Part shown: positions 25,901 through 39,081 of the stretch, one piece after another
How the letters are laid out: every line of letters begins with the position of its first letter
How positions within the stretch are numbered: position 1 is the first letter of the stretch
NCBI GenBank assembly: GCA_020137815.1
Contig: CM035362.1
Location: forward strand, 248,001 to 312,000
From: Hormiphora californensis
Lineage: Eukaryota > Animalia > Ctenophora
DNA: 64,000 bases
Direction of reading: 5' to 3'
Notes under the pieces: generated by a model
Database searches by the model: none
What the model was told of the DNA's origin: nothing
The model's input: only the letters and a program-made list of their open reading frames with translations
Translations under genes and position numbers: made by a program

Positions 25901-28900
25901 GCGGTGTCAGCAGAAGCAGTCAGAGGTACGATCTGAGGCAGCCAGAACCCAGCTGTACGAATAGAAGAAGCAGCAGAACCCAGCGGCATGTACAGAAGCA
26001 GCAGAACTCAGCGACACCAGAAGAAGCAGCAGAACCCAGCGACACCAGAAGAAGCAGCAGAACCCAGCGACACCAGAAGAAGCAGCAGAACCCAGCGACA
26101 CCAGAAGAAGCAGCAGAACCCAGCGGCACCAGAAGAAGCAGCAGAACCCAGCAGAACCAGAAGAAGCAGCAGAACCCAGCGGTGCCAGAAGAAGTAGCAG
26201 AACCCAGCGGCACCAGAAGAAGCAGCAGAACCCAGCGGTACGGACAGAAGCAGTCAGAACCCAGCGGTACCAGAAGAAGCAGCAGAACCCAGCGGTGCCA
26301 GAAGAAGTAGCAGAACCCAGCGGCACCAGAAGAAGCAGCAGAACCCAGCGGTACGAACAGAAGCAGTCAGAACCCAGCGGTACCAGAAGAAGCAGCAGAA
26401 CCCAGCGGTACCAGAAGAAACAGCAGAACCCAGCGGTACCAGAAGAAACAGCAGAACCCAGCGGTACACACAGAAGCAGCCAGAAGACAGAGATAAAAAC
26501 AGAAGCAGGAAGAGGAGTCAGCAAAAGCAACCAGCGGCACCAGAAGAAGCAGTCAGAACCCAGTGGTACGAACAGAAGCAGTCAGAACCCAGCAGTACGA
26601 ACAGAAGCAGTACAGTCAGTTAACCCAGCGGCACGTACAGAAGCAGTCAGAACCCAGCGGCACCAGAAGATCAGCAGCCTGAGGACAGAGGTACGAACAT
26701 CAGCAGCCCGAAGAACTCCAAACCGTCAACAGAAAGACATAGAAAACCAGCTACCTGTTTTTGGGGAATCTAGTGATTTGAGCTAGCCTCAACTCCGAAC
26801 AAACGCCACCGCTGGTGCCAATCACCGATTCAACAAAACGGGAACCGGCCGACGGAAGTTCTATGAAGAAGCTATATAAGGACAATCATTCGTGTGTTTT
26901 CAGAAGGTTGGTAATTTTGAGTTACATTGGACAATGCAATGAACGGTTGAAGTTGAACAATGAAGTTTTGGCAACTATTGAGATGATTTTTTAGGAAAGA
27001 GGTTTACACTATTCGCCTTGAGCAAATTTCTCAGCAGTTCAATCTTCAGCAGCTAAACTAACTTTGCTTCACGCTTAAACGTCTGTTATCTGCTTGTATG
27101 TTTATCAGTGAACTTGTATCATCCAGCTCGTATGTTGTGAGTTTGTTGGTATTCGCCAATCTTTGTAATTTATGTTATCAACCTGTATTGGATGTTTCAG
27201 CTGCTTGTAAGTTTAGGTGTGTCCTAAGTAATTCTTTCAGTTCAGTAAGTGCTTGTGTCATACTGTCATGTCAAGGGAGTTCTGTTTTTTTGTCTTGAGT
27301 GTTATATCTGTTTCTGGTTTATTTGTAAACGTTATATAAGAAAGTAATATCTGTAGATTATTGATAAATTAAATCGAGTGAGAGAGAATTAAAGAGAGAA
27401 AGAGAGGGAGAGAGTGAGAATATGAGAGATATGTAAATGTGAATAAGAGAGTGACAAAATAATATTCAGATTACCAGATAAGTACCGGTGGAGCAGTGAG
27501 AAATAGTTTTGAAATGTGAATAATTGAATATGAGAGCCCACCGAGTACGCTTGAGCCGTCAAGTTTAGAAAGGTGCGAGACGTCGTGAAGGTTCAAGTGG
27601 GCAACCCGTTATCTAGTAGAATTGCCCCTACATAGATTACGGCTGTTATCAGAAAGTTCATTTGTGGCAAAGGATTGGTCCCCTCTACCACAAAACCAGG
27701 AATCAGTCTGACCAACTGTTTGAATGGCGAGTTTGATGATAACAACCTTGAACCATAGGAAATAGGAATGAGAGAGATGTGATTATGATATGATGTGAGT
27801 ATGATATGAGTTATCGATTAAATTTTTTGTTTAGTTGTCATAAGTATGTTTAGTTCCACTGTTTAGTTTTCCCAGATTATCCATAAGTTTTAAAGTAGGT
27901 CATATGATTTTTCTGTTACATTTACTTTGTCCTAAGTAGTATTTGTCTGCATTTAATTAGTCTCAGATCGAGTAACATTGTAATGCCATGTAGTAGGTTG
28001 TCTAAAAGTTTTCTTAAAGTGTATCTGTTGCTGCAAATTCATTTAAAGCTGTTCTTTGATTCTATGACTTAAACTTTTAAGCTAGCTACTGCTAGTATGT
28101 AGTGATATATATTTGCGAGTTTTTAATTTATTTTATTTGGGAGTAAAGGATTAAAAGATCATTGGAGAAGAGAGTGGATTGTGGGGTTAGATGAGTGTCA
28201 GATGAGTGTTATTTATTAGTATTCCAGTCACAGTGATTGCGAGCTGTCTGCAAGTTTCTATTCTGCACTACTCATTAAAACCCATGAACAACCTTGACCC
28301 TTGTTCTGAGAAGCAGCTATTGTTTCCAGACGTTTAGGACTCTTTACAGCTTAGAACCCCGCTTGGAACTGCACAGTTCTGGTGCAGTTCATTTACATCA
28401 TAAAGGGAGCTTGCAAAACGTCTAGCTGCTTCAGATCCTTACTCGCTGCCTTGCTAACAATAGAACAGCACGCTTATTGGTTCACATCTAGGTTCAGCTG
28501 AGATGATTGGTCACTAGGTTCTTATCACGTGATTAAGTTTTCTTGTATATTATAGAGGTTAGAGCCGAGGGAGATTCAGAGTCTAGGGAGAACTTCTCGA
28601 TTCAGACAGCTTTGATATGTTTCAACATTATAGTTCTACAGCTTGAAAACTATAAAACTTTGTGTTTCAATTCTACTACCACTAGACGAGCAGCCTAGGC
28701 ACAGCCACTAAACACCCGGCTGTGTGTCCTACATTACTCCTTCATTTCCGTCACCTTTGAGTTGAGGCTTCAAAGACATTGAGGTATCCGTAAACTTTTC
28801 CGCCTTCAACTCAAAGGTGACGGAAATGAAGGAGTAAGTTCAAAATGGGCCACCTTTCTGGCGAACTAATTTCAATTAGTTTTTGCTCTAAATTTGTACT

Positions 28901-31900
28901 CTTTTTTTGGTCGTTTGAGGTCATTTATGACCTCAAACAACTAAGCTAATTGTCAACTAAAGTGTTCAAATTCAATTCAAATGTATCCTGGGTTGTAGGA
29001 AACTGATTTGACGAAACTTTCAAAATTCGACGTCGTTTTGACGTCGTGACGTCACACGTGACGTCACGACGACGTAAAAAATTATGACAGACTATTCAGC
29101 CAATGAAGCACTAAACGTGTGAAAAGTTTTAAAGGCCATGGTAGTCAAGAACTGAAGTTATTGCACGAAATGTGAGTTTTTATGTGGATTTTCACATCAA
29201 ATTTTTGAGTTCCGACGCGTTTTAAGGTCTGAAAATGACAAATTAGAAAAATTTGCTATATAGTATCTGAAAGTTCAGACAATTTGCCACTAACGATTTT
29301 GCGTCAAATCAGGAATTGGAAAATGTCTTGAGGGTGCTAGAGGCGTTTGAAAATATTTGGTCTGAGATTTTTCAATGACGTCACTTTGTGACGTCATTAC
29401 GCCCGTCATAGTGGACATTTTCACTTGAAACCTTAACTAATGCATGCCCCGAACGATTTCCTAACGGATAAAACTTGGTTCAAGTCTCTAGCTAGTATGG
29501 TTCAGGCTACAAGTGTTACACAGTGAAGCGTCTATATCTATCTATATATATATATATATACCTATCGCCACACTGAATTTTCTGTTTTGGGGGTGGTGTC
29601 ATAACTTGTGACCGGAGTGAGCTAGCTACTTCAAATTTTTACCATCAGTAGAGGTCTATGGGAAGCTTCTAAATACCAAATTTCAGCCTCCTAGCTCATC
29701 TGGTTCCGGAGTTAGGAGGGGTCGAAAAGTGCCAAAATGAGCTAAAACTTCAAAATTGTTATATCTACGCTGTTGGCAAGCGGGCCCACTTTTTCGGGAA
29801 AAGTTTTTGGGGGGATGGGATGGGGCCACCTTTGCGCTTGCCAGCGCAGTGACCCAATAAATAACAGGAAATATGATTCACATCGATATTTGACTATAAA
29901 GACCCAATTTTATACTATACAACCGTATGTGCACGAATACAACCCATGCACACTGCAATAAACAGCAAAAACAAGGGTCACAAAAGTGGCTTGCGATCCT
30001 TAGTGGCTCAACCGTTTGGGCTGAAACTCCGGATATCAGTAGATAATTACCCAATGAATAACAGGAAATATGATTCATAGCGATTCATTCCGACTTAGCA
30101 ACCCCTATTGTGTACTCTAGTGGTCCTGTATCCAGTTTCGTAATAAATCATATCTCTTGCCTTGTTCTCACTGTAAATAAAAGGAGGGTTAGAACATAAC
30201 ATATCTTGGTCTGTTTTCATCTGGTCCTTTCCACAATGCGCTTGTCATCCTACATGACATGTATGATGTTGTGCATTCGGCCCGGTTCGGAGAGGGGGGA
30301 ATCTCTTGTGAGACAACATTGAGCAATGAGCATGGTTCCATTTGAACTACTCAAACGGTAAAGAAGGTTTGAGCAAGGATCTCAACTATTTTATCATTAG
30401 TACCTTTTGTCCATGTCACGTTCTACTACGAGCTTTTTTTCTTCTTTTTCTTGACATCATTACCACGGCCAAACAATTATACACACTGACTAAAGACTGT
30501 GGCATGTGTATTTAATCACTTGATATCTTATACGTTAGATGAATTGTTTTGTGCACAATTACACCAGTTGATCCCGTGCCCCCCCCCCCCCCCCCGGATA
30601 TATTTTGATCCCGTTGTTATGGTAACCTGATAAGAAGTTTGACTGTCTTTTAGTGTGTACTATCACAGCTATCATAATGATGCTGTGTCATACATTAAAT
30701 ACTCTAGTGTGTACACACTACACTGTACAGTGTACACTGCACAGCTGGGTGTAGTACATAATGTAATATGTGAGCTGTGAGGGGATGCATGTGTCATGCT
30801 GCACATCCATCCGTTTCATATTACTCTCTTACTTTCATATATTCATTGTTACTGAATATAATAATCATACAGCATACTCTTGCATCTTATTGTTCCCCAC
30901 CTTACTTTGAAAAGAGAATCTGTGGTGTCTGGAACTTGCATAATTCGTGTAAGTTATAATACATTATTGTATACTGCGTGTGTAACTATACATTGTGTGT
31001 AACTATACATTACTCGTTATTGTATACTGTATGTAACTACATTACTGTATACACGCTGTGTAGTGCTACAGTTATGTGACTGATTTGTTGTGGTATTCGT
31101 GGCGGACAAAGCCGTCTTTCTTGGGAGAAGAAAGAGAGACAGAATGAGAAAGATACTATTTCTCCTAGAGAGAGAAAGAGACTATTTCTCCTAGAGAGAC
31201 AGAGAGAGAGGAGGAGTATTAGAAACACGTGCCTATGAACACATTAAATGTTACACGCTCTGTCTGCACTTGCATGTACACGTGAATAAAAACAAAGAAA
31301 TATGAGACACATGAGGCTAATGTAAAAGAGTGTTAGAGGACATGCATGTTATCTAAATCTGCTGCAACTGTCACTGGTACTATAATACTGACTGGTACAG
31401 CTATACTGACTGGTACTATACTTTACTACTGACTGGTACTAAACTGATTGGTACTAAACTGACTGGTACTAATGGTGGTTCTAACTTGACTTGCTCAAAC
31501 TGTCTTTCTCTGAACTGCATTCCACCAAATCCTTACTACACATTAACTTTTACACACTTTCAGTCGTCATGATACAAGTCGCTTCTAACCATCACCCGTC
31601 ATCTTTTTTTATGTATTGTGTCACCCTATTTGTGTAGAGTATCCTCCCCTTTTCCTCCTTCCTCCCTCTCTCACTTCTCAGCACTAAAAATAGTGAGTCC
31701 TCTCCGGCAGCAGTAGTTTTTCTCACCTGCTCCCACCTCTTCTTCCCTGTGTGTTTTCCCGCGCGCCATTAACCACACCGGTGTCAGTTTGAGGCTCCCT
31801 ATGGTGAAAGTACACTTGTTATGGCGCGCCGCGAGACGCGCCGCGCACCCGTGTGTATGTTTTCAGTAGTTGAATGTCGTCCAAAAAACAGTCTTATCTG

Positions 31901-34900
31901 TCCGACTATGTCTTAAAACCCAACATTCCCACAGGTAACTCAGAACAATGGGAGGTCACAAAGAAACGTTCACGTCCTGAAAAGAAGCAGCAACAAAACA
32001 CAGACAGTGACACGAAACGTTCCGGTCGGAGTAGTGAAAGAGGTGAGAGGAATAGTAACGTTAAAATACTTGTACTACATATTGTACTACTATAATTATT
32101 GTACCAGTTTAATTTGTCGGCTGTTTCCAAAGTGACAGCTCTTGTCAGCCGGCTTGTAAACCTCACTACCCTCTCAGGTCGAGCACCTAAATCAGATGGG
32201 GACCAGGATCGGGGCAGGAGTTCCAGGGGAGGATCACGAGGGGGAGGTTCAGTTCGGGGTACCTCGAGAGGTGGAGCTGGAGGGGCTACAAGGGGTACCG
32301 CAACCAGAGGGAGGGGCGGCAAACGGCAATTACCACCAAGAATGGACAGGTAAGGGAGAGATAGAGATGAATAGGTGTTTCCATTACTCTTTTTTTAAAT
32401 AACTACCCCGTATATAATATCTGAATTATCTGACATCGTATTTAAATCCTTTCACTCCTATCTAATATCTATTTCACTCCCCTAACCAGGCAGCGTAACG
32501 ACAGATCTGATTCTGGATCATGGGAACCCAGGGGAGACAGTTCAGCATCTCGTGGTAGCCGGGGTGGAGGAGGCAGGGTTAACGGGTCCTACAGACATCA
32601 CCAGAGGGGCGCCAAACGGCCCTCAGATAATAATGAGTAAGTTGTGGTGCTGCTAGGGTGAGAGTGATGTTGCTAGGGTGAGAGTATGATGTTGCTAGGG
32701 TGAGAGTGGTGTTGCTATGGTGACCTAGTGGTGTCACTGTGGAGTATCAGGACACCAACTAATCCTCTCCTATCCAGGTGGTCAACTACAGCTAGTGATG
32801 AGTGGGGTGGAGAATGGGCAGGTAACACAGATAACACCACACCAGCATCTGGTGGGGACTGGGGTGCAGATGGTAGCGGATGGGGCGACAACACCACCAC
32901 CACTACCACTACTGCTCCTTCATCAAACCAGACATCCCAGCAGGAAGCAGCTCCCCCACCTCCTCAGGAACCCGTTAACCCTTGGATGGAGAAGAAGGTG
33001 AGTGATTGGTATCTTGTGGATTTCCAAATATTTTCAGACTAAACTAAACCAATAAACCATCTTGTCTTCAGTGAACTAGTTATAACACCCCCCCCCCCAT
33101 CTTGTCTCCAGTGAACTAGTTATAATGCCCCCCCCCCCCTCTCCAGGAGACGATAGCAGAGACAGTAGCGAGGGCAGTATCACCAGTAGTAGCACCTGTA
33201 GTGGTTGCAGCCCCGCCTCCCTCCAGTAACCCGTGGAGTAACTCAGATGGGGAGCACAAGCGACCAGCATACACCCAGGCCTTCCCGAATAATCCACTGT
33301 CCTCTCTCCTAACATCAACATCATCGTCTTCATTTGGTTTCCCATTCTCTCAGCAGTCATCAAGTGAGTATAGCTGTAGCCAGTGAGGGTTTTAACGATC
33401 TTGCTATCTACTTTTTGGAAACATTAAAATCATTCAGTGAGTCATAATCCTGTTCACAGTCTTGACAGTTATAGCCATAAAAACCGTTTTGTTAACCCCC
33501 TCTCCCCCAGATAGTAACCCCTCCCCTCACTCAGATGTTGTTAGTTCGGATCAGCGGCATGAGCAGGCTCCCAGTAGTGATGTTGTATCCAGTACGTTTA
33601 GCATGGACCCACCTAGTAGTGGAGGTGGTGGTGGTGGCTTGTTAGCAGGGTCCCTAGCTGGAAGAAAGATATCTGTCGAACAACTGTTCAAGGTAAGACA
33701 TATCATGAGAATATACTCGGGTCGGAGGCGCATGTCACCTAAATGGATTCATCTCTATTTTGCCTGTTCCCGGTGTTTGTGTTTTATAACCCTTCACTGC
33801 TCTTTCCTTACCATCACCCCCCCCCCCCCCTGTTCAGATGCACACGACGGACAAGTCAGCAGGACTATCAGAACCAACAATTGGGGAGGAACATCATCTT
33901 CATCACCAGATGCCTGCCTCCCCTCCTAACTCATCAACATCTAGTACCAACAGGTATTATTATACAACACACCCCTCCTCCTGACTTCTCTCCTGGTCAA
34001 AACCCCCTGGCCCCTCCCCTCCTGGTAACATGTTAGTTAACGTTTTTGTGAAATCTGCGGCTAGCTGGGACTTGTCATCCAGGAATGTAGTTACAGAGTC
34101 TTGATCTGAGTGCTATTTTATTGGGTCAGAGGTGATCAGACATCGGCTGACCAGTTAACTAGGTCACGAAGAACAAGTTCCTCAATTTATCATCTCCCTC
34201 AGTACAAATCTCTACTACCCCCCCCCCCCTAAATCTCAAATCTCTACTACCCCCCCCCTCTACATCTCAAATCTCCTACTACCTCCCTCCCTCTATACCT
34301 CAGTACAAATCTCCCATCCCCCCCCCCTCTAAATCTCAAACCTCCTACTTCCTCCCCCCCCCCCCCCCCCTCGCAGTACAAATCTCTACTACCCCCCCCC
34401 CCTATTACAAATCTCCTACTACCCACCCCCTCGCAGTACGAAGAAGAGCAGCAAGAGAAGTCAGCCCAGGACGATACCCTCAGAACCTGTCCAGATGCCT
34501 GGTACTACCATGGAGAGTCTGGATGTTCAGTTTGGTTCTATCTTCCTAGACACCACCGATGTGAGTACTAACAATACCATATATGGTCATATCACGGTAT
34601 AAACAACACCGTATATAATGGTTGCAGTTTGTAAAGTACCACTGATGTGAGTAACTGCACGCTTTCATCCCCGCACCTTATCAATGTTCTGACTTCCTTT
34701 ATCGGGGCGCTGTGAGAGAGGTTAAATAAGGGGGGGGGGGGCGTCACCTTTTTTTTGCCCATTGCCCATAATCCCAGCAAATTTTGGTTTTGCCCATATG
34801 GGCAAAATGGGCAAAATGACATATTCAGTGTTATATGTCGTTTTTTCAACTCTATACCTTGATTTCATCTCTTAAAAACTCGGTCAGAATGGTCTTTGGT

Positions 34901-35186
34901 GTCTAATTAGAAGTCAAATTGTTTTTAGTGGTCAAATCCTAAATTTAGGATTTGTTAGGTTTTTTAGGTTTTTTGGGGTTTAGAAACGTCCTAGAACAAA
35001 ATAAATACAAGCATCTTCATCAGCGTGAAATTCTGCTTCGATTATAGTGGCTATAAACCTATCTATGATGTAAGGTGCGGGAGTTATTTTTTTTGCCCAT
35101 TTTGCCCAAAGTCCCACGATTTTTGAAAAAACAGTTGTTTCCATATGGACAAATATGGGCAAACATGGGCAAAAAAAAAGGTGACG

Positions 35187-35217
<31 letters not shown>

Positions 35218-38200
35218 TTAAATACAATCCCCATGAGAGGAAGGTGGTTTAAACTCTGAAACTAATCCCTTCCTCTCTTATACAGGATGAATTGTTATCG
35301 GAAGCCAAGGCAGTTGCCTCAGGGGGTACACCTGCACCCAAGACAGATGCAGCTACCTCAACTACCCCTGGTGTATCTGGTGGTGGTGGAGGGATGGTGA
35401 CAGAGAAACCTGCTGATCAAATACCTGGCATTCACAAGGTAAATGTATATTCCTCATTCCAGGAACCGACCGAATCAGGAAATACTGGTCTGATATTGTC
35501 TGATAACCAGTCACGTGACCTAAATAACTAGTTCTGATTGGTTGTTTACTTGTTTCGGTCGGTTCCTGCCTCATTCACTTCGATCTAGTGTGTAGTGTGC
35601 ACTAGAGAACTAACACTGTATCCTATTTTGGAGAACCTACCGCTTCAATAAACCATGAATCATGATTTCAATATCTCTATTATACCCAACTGATCCCCAT
35701 CCCTGATAACTGATCCCCCTCCCTGATAACTAATCCCACTCCCTCAGATCTCATCTGATCCTGTTGCCCCTGTGATTGATCAGTCTCCAGTACGGTCCCT
35801 CCTACAGCAACCCAGTACCTCTGACACGGCCTCATCACCCTACCACGGTGGCTCCCTGGGTCTACAGAGCCAGACAACCTCCCAGACCACCTCCTCCTCA
35901 TCATCTGCAGCTCCCCCTAACCTTCCTCCCCCCAACATGGATAATATCAGGTACATGACAAACATAATCTGTCAAACTTGTTACTAGGGGGGCTGTTACT
36001 AAGTAACGGCGGCGCGGGGGGTGTCGCCCCTCCCTCCCCCTAAATAACTACATCTACCTGACCTCACGGAGTGTCTGGATCTTGGTCCCTCTGATCCTCT
36101 ATATTTTCAGGACTGCTAACAATTTGATAACAAGTAGGACAATGTCTGGAGAACAACAACCTCCTCAGCAACATCAACACCATCAGCAACCACAACATCA
36201 GCAACACCAACAGCATCAGCATAGTTCGCAGTTCTCCGGTGGTCTGCAGCAGCAGCAATCGCAGGTATGGAGTGTGACCTTATAAGGAGATACATACTTC
36301 CATATATGGTGATATAGACCTCTGACCAGTACTAATCCCTCTTTCCTCAGCAATCGCAGCAGCAACAGCAACAGCAGCCTAAGAAGAATCTGCCGCCTGG
36401 TGTTTACCCTACTAATAATTCTAGTAGAGCGATGTATTATGGGGGAGGGTCTGACCATCAAACTTCACAGGTAAACTACATGTTCTGAGTTCTCTCAATC
36501 GTTAATGTAACGACTAACGATCTCTCCATGTTCTGAGCTCTCTATAGTTAATGTAACGATCTCTCCATGTTCTCTCCATAGTTAATGTAACGATCTCTCC
36601 ATGTTCTCTCTCTATAGTTAATGTAACGATCTCTCCATGTTCTCTCTCTATAGTTAATGTAACGATCTCTCCATGTTCTCTCTCTATAGTTAATGTAACG
36701 ATCTCTCCATGTTCTCTCTCTATAGTTAATTGTTAATTTGTATTGTTGTTTTGTGTGTAACATCCTTTTATGGTGATGATTTTATGAATAAATTCATCTC
36801 TAACGTCCTACCTTCCTGCAGCAGCAAAGTCAGCAGCAACAGCACAGCTCTATGGGTTATGATAACATGTCCCGGTATTACACTCAATCAAATTCATTCG
36901 AGATGCGACAGGTAAATAGCATGGTAACCATGGTACCCAACACCGTTACTATGGTAAATGACACTGTTACTATGGTAACTGACACCATTACTATGGTAAC
37001 TGACACCGTTTCTATGATAAACAACACCGTTACTATGTTAACTAACACCGTTACTATGGTAACCAACACCGTTACTGTGGTAACTAACACCGTCACTGTG
37101 GTAGCTAACACCGCTCTATTCCACAGCAGATGCAGCCAGCAGGTCACGAGTCTGCGTTCAGTAGTGTCAGTAACGATAAACAGCAACAACAACAGCAACA
37201 GCAACACTACAGGGGAACAAGTGAATTGGGAAACAGCACCCACCAACCCCTACACGGTACGTTTGAGAGATTTCATAATGAATCATATCGCTTATCTAGC
37301 ATCTATCATTCTCTCGCTCTCATTGTTCTAAACTCCAACCCAATGATTTATGTTTTTCCTAATCCCAATTTAACTCAGTAGGTGCAGGATTAAATTCGGG
37401 TATTTCTTCCACTAACGCGGCTACAGGGCTCAACACGGCGGGTTACCATGCACCTCTCCTTGGCTACACATACCCTCACCCTCTACAGGTTAGCTAGATC
37501 GTTCTTGTTGGGCCTAGGTTTAGATGGTTACTATGACAGACTAAAACACTTTACTTTCTGTTATTAGTTTTTCCAGTTTCTACTATTTAATACCTCCTTC
37601 CCCGCTAAAATATAACCAGTTACTTGGTGTACTTACTACAATAATCTGTCTCTGTAGAAGTTCATTGTATTTCAGGCATATCCAAACAACGCAGTGTATG
37701 CTAACTACTACACTCCCTTCAACCACGCTGCCATCAACTTCGCTCAGCAACAGAAACCCTCCATGTGAGTTGTTCAGCCACCACTCCCCCCCCCCCCACT
37801 TTTGTAAGGGGGCTTTTATTTCTTGTGTAGCTCATAATGTTTAGACTCGCTATCGCCTAACCCGATATCTCTCCCCCACAGTCCTAATTACCCCACTAAC
37901 CCTATACCCCCCCCCCACAGTCCTAGTTACCCGGGAGGTAACGCTTTCAGTGGAACCCACGCTGACACATCTTCTCCCTTTGCCGCACAGTATGAGGAAT
38001 ACCCCAAGGACCTGTACGGTAAGTTCCTTTAGTAATTAGTAATTAGTAGTTAGTACCCCAAGGACCTGTACGGTAAGTTCCTTTACAATTAGTAATTAGT
38101 AGTTAGTACCCCAAGGACCTGTACGGTAAGTTCCTTTACAATCAGTACCCCAAGGATCTGTACGCTGTATGGAAAGTTTTGTAAATACCTGGCTCTACAA

Positions 38201-39081
38201 AGAGTCAACAATGTAACATCCTTCTCTTGCCCAAATCCAAATTTAACCCCCACCCTCTCTCCCACCCCTCCCCCAAATTAACCCCCACCCTCCCCCCAGG
38301 TGGTGGTGGTGGTGGAGCAAAGCACCCCACAACCTCCAGCAGCGACTACAACAAGTTAACCCCCACCCTCCCTCCCACCCCTCCCCCAAATTTAACCCCT
38401 GACCCCTCCCCCAAATGTAACCCCCACCCGCCCCCTAGGTGGTGGTGGTGGTGGAGCAAAGCACCCCACAACCTCCAGCAGCGACTACAACAAGTTAACC
38501 CCCACCCTCTCTCTCACCCCTCCCCCAAATGTAACCCCCGCCCCTCCCCCAGTTTAACCCCCACCCTCCCCCCAGGTGGTGGTGGTGGTGGAGCAAAGCA
38601 CCCCACAACCTCCAGCAGCGACTACAACAAGTTAATGGGAGGTGCAGGAGGTGCCGGGGGATCTGATAAGGGTGGAGCGGCAGGTGGGGCGGGAGGTGCT
38701 GGTGGCATGTTTAATATGGCTGGGTACATGTTCCCCAATTACATGACAAACTTTCAACAGGTAATTAATTAATTAATTAATTAACTTCCAAAATGTAACT
38801 TCCAATTGGTAACTGATTATTGAGAGAGTTAACGGCTGCACAGTTTTAGTGAACTCGGGACTTGCCACCCATAAATGTATTGCTCATGTGCTAACTTCCC
38901 TCATCTCATTTACTCAGTACCTACTCAGTAACCACTAACCCCCCTCCTCATCTCCCCCCAGGGCCAGGCAGCACAGCCAATGATGCAGCAAAGTTCCCTA
39001 CAGCAGAGAGGAATGGATCCTGGCTCCAGGAGTTCCACCGGTTCCCTGGGGGCTCCCAAACACTACTGGTCACAACGATAG
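22973..39081 (+). CDS. UBAP2L: Ubiquitin-associated protein 2-like / Lingerer (stress-granule protein), multi-exon
   Basis: Exon 24093-24279 PTEEQKRIAQL..DITKKSQEECAMQL..NVELAIENLIDG matches the UBAP2/2L UBA domain. It is followed by WEVTKK (31935), an RGG-rich region (~32180-32640), the conserved PVQMPG...LDVQFG motif (~34480-34540), LPPGV, a Q/Y/P-rich region and a C-terminal HYW (stop 39079-39081). The first coding exon 22973-23032 is tentative. Confidence 0.9.
25188..28733 (+). mobile_element. Non-autonomous LTR retrotransposon (Gypsy-like, 3546 bp)
   Basis: Two 554-bp TG...CA LTRs (25188-25741, 28180-28733), near-identical (one substitution seen by eye); 4-bp TSD TTAC; PBS TGGTGCTGTAACCAGGAT resembling the tRNA-His 3' complement; polypurine tract GGAGAAGAGAG just before the 3' LTR; no gag/pol. 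Confidence 0.93.
25940..26670 (+). repeat. 28-bp minisatellite inside the LTR element
   Basis: Unit AGCAGCAGAACCCAGCG(A/G)CACCAGAAGA, about 20 or more copies; produces the stop-free overlapping ORFs in the track. Confidence 0.95.
34730..35216. mobile_element. MULE/Mutator-like foldback MITE with oligo-G/oligo-C termini
   Basis: G-run-CGTCACCTTTTTTTTGCCCAT ... ATGGGCAAAAAAAAAGGTGACG-C-run; flanks GTTAAATAA / GTTAAATAC (8-9 bp TSD); internal TTTTGCCCA/TGGGCAAA repeats. Confidence 0.75.
35460..35568. mobile_element. 109-bp hAT-type MITE
   Basis: 15-bp TIR CAGGAACCGACCGAA / TTCGGTCGGTTCCTG, perfect 8-bp TSD CCTCATTC; carries GTCACGTGAC and CTGATTGG motifs. Confidence 0.9.
36500..36730. repeat. 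36-bp intronic tandem repeat
   Basis: GTTAATGTAACGATCTCTCCATGTTCTCTCTCTATA, about 6 copies. Confidence 0.9.
36921..37112. repeat. 21-bp intronic minisatellite of X-box-like units
   Basis: CACCGTTACTATGGTAACTAA-like unit, about 9 copies, filling most of the intron. Confidence 0.9.

Larger units (their letters stand above)
25128..28893. mobile_element. ~216-bp foldback MITE split by an LTR element
   Basis: Joining 25128-25187 and 28738-28893 rebuilds a hairpin with ~85-bp arms (ATTTAGAGCAAAAACTAATTGAAATTAGTTCGCC...). A degenerate independent copy lies at ~61227-61320. Confidence 0.8.
24516..30105. mobile_element. Large non-autonomous DNA-transposon-like element (outer layer of the nest) with 197-bp internal repeats
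   Basis: Short inverted termini GGTTGCTAAGT / ACTTAGCAACC; 197-bp unit repeated ~2.4x at 24651-25127 and again at ~29853-30085; no ORF; TSD unclear. Confidence 0.55.

Noticed and set aside
25732-26786. Long overlapping ORFs (192, 207 and 163 aa) on both strands
   Set aside because: They are translations of the 28-bp minisatellite inside the LTR element; no gag, protease or RT motifs.
36852-37331. 159-aa VTMVT-repeat ORF
   Set aside because: It reads through an intronic 21-bp minisatellite between two UBAP2L exons; not a separate gene.
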